This document shows, in pieces, positions 60,009 through 64,000 of a DNA stretch of 64,000 nucleotides. Position numbers and translations under genes: made by a program. The number at the start of each line of letters is the position of its first letter. The first letter of the stretch is position 1. The stretch lies in NCBI GenBank assembly GCA_030619825.1, contig JAUXAS010000001.1:10141-74140 (forward strand), in the 5' to 3' direction. The notes beneath the pieces were generated by a model. The model saw nothing but the letters and a program-made list of their open reading frames with translations. It did no database searches and was not told the DNA's origin. The DNA comes from Hadesarchaea archaeon (lineage in GTDB: Archaea > Hadarchaeota > Hadarchaeia > Hadarchaeales > Hadarchaeaceae).

Positions 60009-60854
60009 TCAAAAAGCAGAGGAACTAATTTTTGAGGATATCAGAAGGAATTTTCGATGCCATGGAGATGTTTTTCCTTTCAGTTCTATCTGGTGATATC
60101 TTAGGTCATTTTCTATGTCTGTAAAAGTGATAAACTGCGCGGGCGAAAACCCAGCTTTTCTAACCATCCCTTGCGCCTCCTCTTTACTGAAAGAAGCATG
60201 GGTTTCCTTCATCTCCATGTCTTCCATCGGGCTGTTAAAAGACCAAGTCTTCGACACAAAATCCTGTAAATCCCTCCTTTCAATCTCATACAAACCTTTT
60301 CCGAGCTTTTTTATCCAGACACTTCGGAGGAGAAACTTGGACTTGAACTCCAACAAAAGCTGCTCGGTAGGATTAGGAACTTCGATGATGACCCGGCCCT
60401 CTCCGGGATCTATGTGATCGAGCAGGAAGTACCTGCCGTCTGGCTTGAGGGCGTCCCATATCGCGCGAAGTATTTCGCTCATCTGATGGATTGTACCAAA
60501 TTGTTTCACCTCATGTAACATCTGCGAGGTCAGCACGACATCAAACTCCTCGTGAAATTTGAGTTCTTCAGCTTTCGCGCGGATCAATTTTGTATTGGGG
60601 CAGTTTTTCGAAGCATCCTCAAGTCGCTCCTCATTTTCATCGACCCCGACGAGCTTCGGCACGTCTCTGGCGAGCCCCTTGAGTATTTGACCTGAACCGC
60701 AACCGATTTCCAAAAGTGAATCCACGGGCCCCAGCTGGCTGCGAATCGCCTTAACCTTCTCCCTGTTGTATCTGGCCCATCTTTTTTCCATCTTGCTTAA
60801 AAACTCGGCTTCTTCAGGAGAATAAAGCGCGCGCTCTGGATTAACTTGCGACAT
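60009..60854 (-). CDS. Class I SAM-dependent methyltransferase
   Basis: LEIGCGSG, FDVV, LKPDG. Confidence 0.85.
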   Translation of the reverse strand: MSQVNPERALYSPEEAEFLSKMEKRWARYNREKVKAIRSQLGPVDSLLEIGCGSGQILKGLARDVPKLVGVDENEERLEDASKNCPNTKLIRAKAEELKFHEEFDVVLTSQMLHEVKQFGTIHQMSEILRAIWDALKPDGRYFLLDHIDPGEGRVIIEVPNPTEQLLLEFKSKFLLRSVWIKKLGKGLYEIERRDLQDFVSKTWSFNSPMEDMEMKETHASFSKEEAQGMVRKAGFSPAQFITFTDIENDLRYHQIELKGKTSPWHRKFLLISSKISSSAF

Positions 60855-60989
60855 ATGATTTCACCAAATAAAACATCAGTTATCGCAGTATTAATGAAGC
60901 TATCACATGAACGTGACATTTCGTGTGCCATGAAACCTGATTTAAGTAATTTCAACATTTCGCTGGCAGTAACCCAAAGTTATAGAATT

Positions 60990-62096
60990 TTATTTGAACA
61001 ACGCGTACAAAACCAAGGCAGACCCGACGAGGAAGATACACCCGAATGCAAAAACTGATGGATACCCCGCGAAAGAGATCACAAGACCGGAGAGCCAAGG
61101 ACCGACACTCCCGCCGAGCGTTATGCCGACGGATTCCACGATTGAGATATCCCTCCCAAGCTGCGTTGAAACCCGCCTATAAAAGTGTGGTAACGCGCTG
61201 GCAGCGATGCAATGGGCAAATTCGGCTAGGAAAAGCGCCAGAATTATTAATGGCAGAAATCCCACGAGACCTGCGGAAAGGAAAAGCAATCCGCTTAGAG
61301 ATATGCCGATATAGCAAATTCTCCTAAAATCGTGTCTATCGGTTAACCCTCCCGACAAGAAACCCAAAATGCTTCCGATGTACTGAACCCCCATCACAAC
61401 GCCGACCAGGGTATATGGCAATAAAAGTTCGTTCTTGAGATATAGTGGAAGAGCGAAAACGAGCAGGCTGCTTAAGCCCACTGCATACATGAATCTATGG
61501 AGGATGAACCCCGTGAAGATTTTCGTGAACTTCGGTTTAAACGAGAATTTTTGCGGTTTCACCTTTTCCCCGCTGAGAAAAGCAATTGGCAAAAGTGAGA
61601 TTAGCCCGATGAAGGAGCAAATCAGGAACGAATATCCGAACCCAAATGAATCCACAAATACACCTGCCAAAAACACTCCCGCTGAACCTCCGATGGTCAT
61701 GGATGCGCCGAAGAACCCGTAGCTTCGCCCCATCTCTCGTCTAAATTTTTCGATTACGAAGATCTTTCCAAAAGTCCAAGGAGACCTTCGAGTAGCCATA
61801 TAGAAAAGAATCACAAACAGGGCGAGGAAGAAGAACGGTGGCAAGGCTGCGGCGATGAGGCTTGATAGCACGACGAAAAGACCAAACACTACGAGATAAA
61901 ATTTTCTGCCTATGAGGTCGGAATGAACAAATAACGTGATAAATACAACTGTCGATAGAGCGGTTCCAATTATAAAGACATTTCCGAGCTGGATCTCCGA
62001 GAAACCCACAGAATTGAGGTAAAGCGGAAATAGGAAGCCCATCATCCACGTGGCCATGGACAAAAAGATCCAATGGATTGAAAGCAGGGTTTTCAT
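60990..62096 (-). CDS. MFS transporter
   Basis: About 12 TM segments, SDLIGRK and GGLTDRHD motif-A loops. Confidence 0.85.
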   Translation of the reverse strand: MKTLLSIHWIFLSMATWMMGFLFPLYLNSVGFSEIQLGNVFIIGTALSTVVFITLFVHSDLIGRKFYLVVFGLFVVLSSLIAAALPPFFFLALFVILFYMATRRSPWTFGKIFVIEKFRREMGRSYGFFGASMTIGGSAGVFLAGVFVDSFGFGYSFLICSFIGLISLLPIAFLSGEKVKPQKFSFKPKFTKIFTGFILHRFMYAVGLSSLLVFALPLYLKNELLLPYTLVGVVMGVQYIGSILGFLSGGLTDRHDFRRICYIGISLSGLLFLSAGLVGFLPLIILALFLAEFAHCIAASALPHFYRRVSTQLGRDISIVESVGITLGGSVGPWLSGLVISFAGYPSVFAFGCIFLVGSALVLYALFK

Positions 62097-62185
62097 GCCT
62101 GTCAATTTTCCACCTCGCATCGATTAGCTCTACTACGATGAAAAGATTAAAGTTACGCCGGCAAAAGCCATGAGCAGGTAGTGCT

Positions 62186-62599
62186 ATGGCAAGTTGCATA
62201 TTTTGTAAAATTGCAGAAGGCGAAGTAGAGTCTTGGATAGTTTATGAAGATGAGTTAGTCAAAGCTTTTTTTGATATCAATCCTGCAAGCGAGGGACATA
62301 CTTTAATTATTCCTAAGAAACATTATGAAAACATCTATGAAATCCCCGAAAATGTGCTTGAAAGAATAATTATTGTTACAAAGAAACTTGCCATAATTTA
62401 CAAAAAAGCACTTGATGTAAAAGCTGTAAATATTTTGCATGCTTCTGGAAAAGAAGCTCAACAAGACGTTTTTCATTTTCATATTCATCTTGTACCGAGA
62501 TATAAGAATGACAGGTTAAATTTGTGGTATCAATCACAACCTGAAGTTAAAGCAAATTTTGGCAAGATTTTAGAAAAAACAAGGAAATTTATAGATTAG
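62186..62599 (+). CDS. HIT-family nucleotide hydrolase
   Basis: CIFCKI, GHTLIIPKKH, HFHIHLVPR. Confidence 0.93.
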   Translation: MASCIFCKIAEGEVESWIVYEDELVKAFFDINPASEGHTLIIPKKHYENIYEIPENVLERIIIVTKKLAIIYKKALDVKAVNILHASGKEAQQDVFHFHIHLVPRYKNDRLNLWYQSQPEVKANFGKILEKTRKFID

Positions 62600-62649
62600 C
62601 GGAGCCTCGCCCCACCTTTTGTTATAATATTTTCTCTTCATTTGCAACG

Positions 62650-63372
62650 TTATTTTAAAGCTACGAAAAGCGCGAGGCGGTACCATTTCCAAACACACTC
62701 GGCCAGCGAAAACCCTGCTTCCCTTAACCATCCGATTTGCTCATCTACGGTAGCTGGCATATCCCTCTGGCTAGCCCTAAGTTCCCTGTCTTTTTGTTTA
62801 ACTTGTTCGAGAGTTCTTTCGATACCTAGGATATCTTTGGCACGCTGTTGGATTATTTTGCACCATATATCTTCGTACTTTTCTTCAAAAACATCATATC
62901 TCGATTTTACCAGGTCGCCCAAAAGGAAGTAGCCGTTCTGCTCCAGCATCCTATAGATTTGTTTGTACAGAGTTCTTTTGTATCTATCCTGTATGTGGTG
63001 GATCGCGAATAAAGAGGCGACGACATTAAAACTACCCAATGACTTATTCCATCCTCTCTTGCTAAAATCTCTCACTTGGAATGAAACCCTGTCCAAATGA
63101 CTCTTTAATCTTGTCTTGGCAATTTTCAGCATTTCCTTGGCACCGTCAACGCATGTTACAATAGCCTCAGGATACGCCTTCAGTATTTTCTCAGTTAGAA
63201 ATCCAGTCCCAGCCCCCAAATCTAATACAGAAATTTTGGCATCTTTTTTGCAAGGGAACATATTAACAATCGCTTCAGCTATTTCTTCTCTCTTCGGATT
63301 GACAACAAACTGATGTTTATCGTACCATGCCGCCGTTTTCTTCAGATCATAATACGCCTTCCAACTACTCAT
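62650..63372 (-). CDS. Class I SAM-dependent methyltransferase
   Basis: VLDLGAGTG, SLFAIHH. Confidence 0.85.
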   Translation of the reverse strand: MSSWKAYYDLKKTAAWYDKHQFVVNPKREEIAEAIVNMFPCKKDAKISVLDLGAGTGFLTEKILKAYPEAIVTCVDGAKEMLKIAKTRLKSHLDRVSFQVRDFSKRGWNKSLGSFNVVASLFAIHHIQDRYKRTLYKQIYRMLEQNGYFLLGDLVKSRYDVFEEKYEDIWCKIIQQRAKDILGIERTLEQVKQKDRELRASQRDMPATVDEQIGWLREAGFSLAECVWKWYRLALFVALK

Positions 63373-63460
63373 ACTGACCCCTTAAAGACACTATTTTAAA
63401 AACCATCCCTATTTACTTAAGCCTCTAAACTTGCCTTTTGCGGACGGATGTTCTCACTTC

Positions 63461-64000
63461 TCATCTTCCTTTAATTGATTCGGCGATCAATCTGATGAAT
63501 TCTTCACGCCGTTTGCTAGGTACGCCTCCTCCCGCGGCGTAGGGATGTCCTCCTCCTTCCCCTCCAAGCTCTCGACAAACCTTCCCAACTACTTTGCCTA
63601 GATCAATAGGCACATCCCATCTCCTAATGGCAAACACAACTTTTCCTTTTTCATCCCAAGCTTCGCTCATTACCATTGCGACCTTATTCCTCCTTGAAAG
63701 TTTCTCAGCTATTAACCCACCAAAGCCGTGTGTTTCCTTTAGGTAGATCGCGGAAAACGTAGGAGTCACTTGTACCCCTGCTTTCTTTGCTGTTTTCAGA
63801 ACCTGTTCAAACTTCTTTTTGCCTTCATGCCCTTCTTTGATCACATCCGGTATTTGGTTAATCCTCAAACCCCTAGCCAACAGCTTGGCAACACGGATCT
63901 TGAAATCATCATCAGTTATCTTGTGGCGAAGTGCAAAAGTGAAAAGTTCTGCTTCCTCGCGATATTTCGGAACGTCAATAAGGTAATCGCACTGGGCGCC
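63461..64000 (-). CDS. DHH/DHHA1-family protein, 5'-truncated
   Basis: GGEGGGHPYAAG; frame stays open to the window edge. Confidence 0.8.
   Translation of the reverse strand, partial: GAQCDYLIDVPKYREEAELFTFALRHKITDDDFKIRVAKLLARGLRINQIPDVIKEGHEGKKKFEQVLKTAKKAGVQVTPTFSAIYLKETHGFGGLIAEKLSRRNKVAMVMSEAWDEKGKVVFAIRRWDVPIDLGKVVGKVCRELGGEGGGHPYAAGGGVPSKRREEFIRLIAESIKGR

Overview
Archaeal chromosomal window, mostly GC-rich with several visibly AT-rich patches. Gene content suggests a Hadarchaeota-like anaerobe (inference). About 1-30 kb is the conserved translation/RNA-metabolism backbone (rps24e-rps27ae, KEOPS kae1/bud32/pcc1, rps15-recJ, rps3ae, glmM-glmU, rpl15e-exosome-proteasome superoperon, taw1) plus a tungstate ABC transporter. 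The rest holds sepS, endonuclease V, a wHTH-primase/polymerase, an orphan Cas2-like gene bounded by palindromic repeats, gap-pgk, a riboflavin operon, dph5, a prenyl synthase, a W-dependent AOR and an AT-rich accessory island at 57-63 kb. The strongest signal is in the tRNAs: four tRNA genes carry ten introns, nine at non-canonical sites, including a tRNA-Gln(UUG) that parses by hand into five exons and four bulge-helix-bulge introns. Two further unexplained structures are gene modules bounded by a GTCCTAAATAGGAC-type palindrome (38.4-39.4 kb) and single genes separated by degenerate tRNA-3'-end repeats (57.2-59.1 kb). All calls come from reading motifs by eye; no searches were run.
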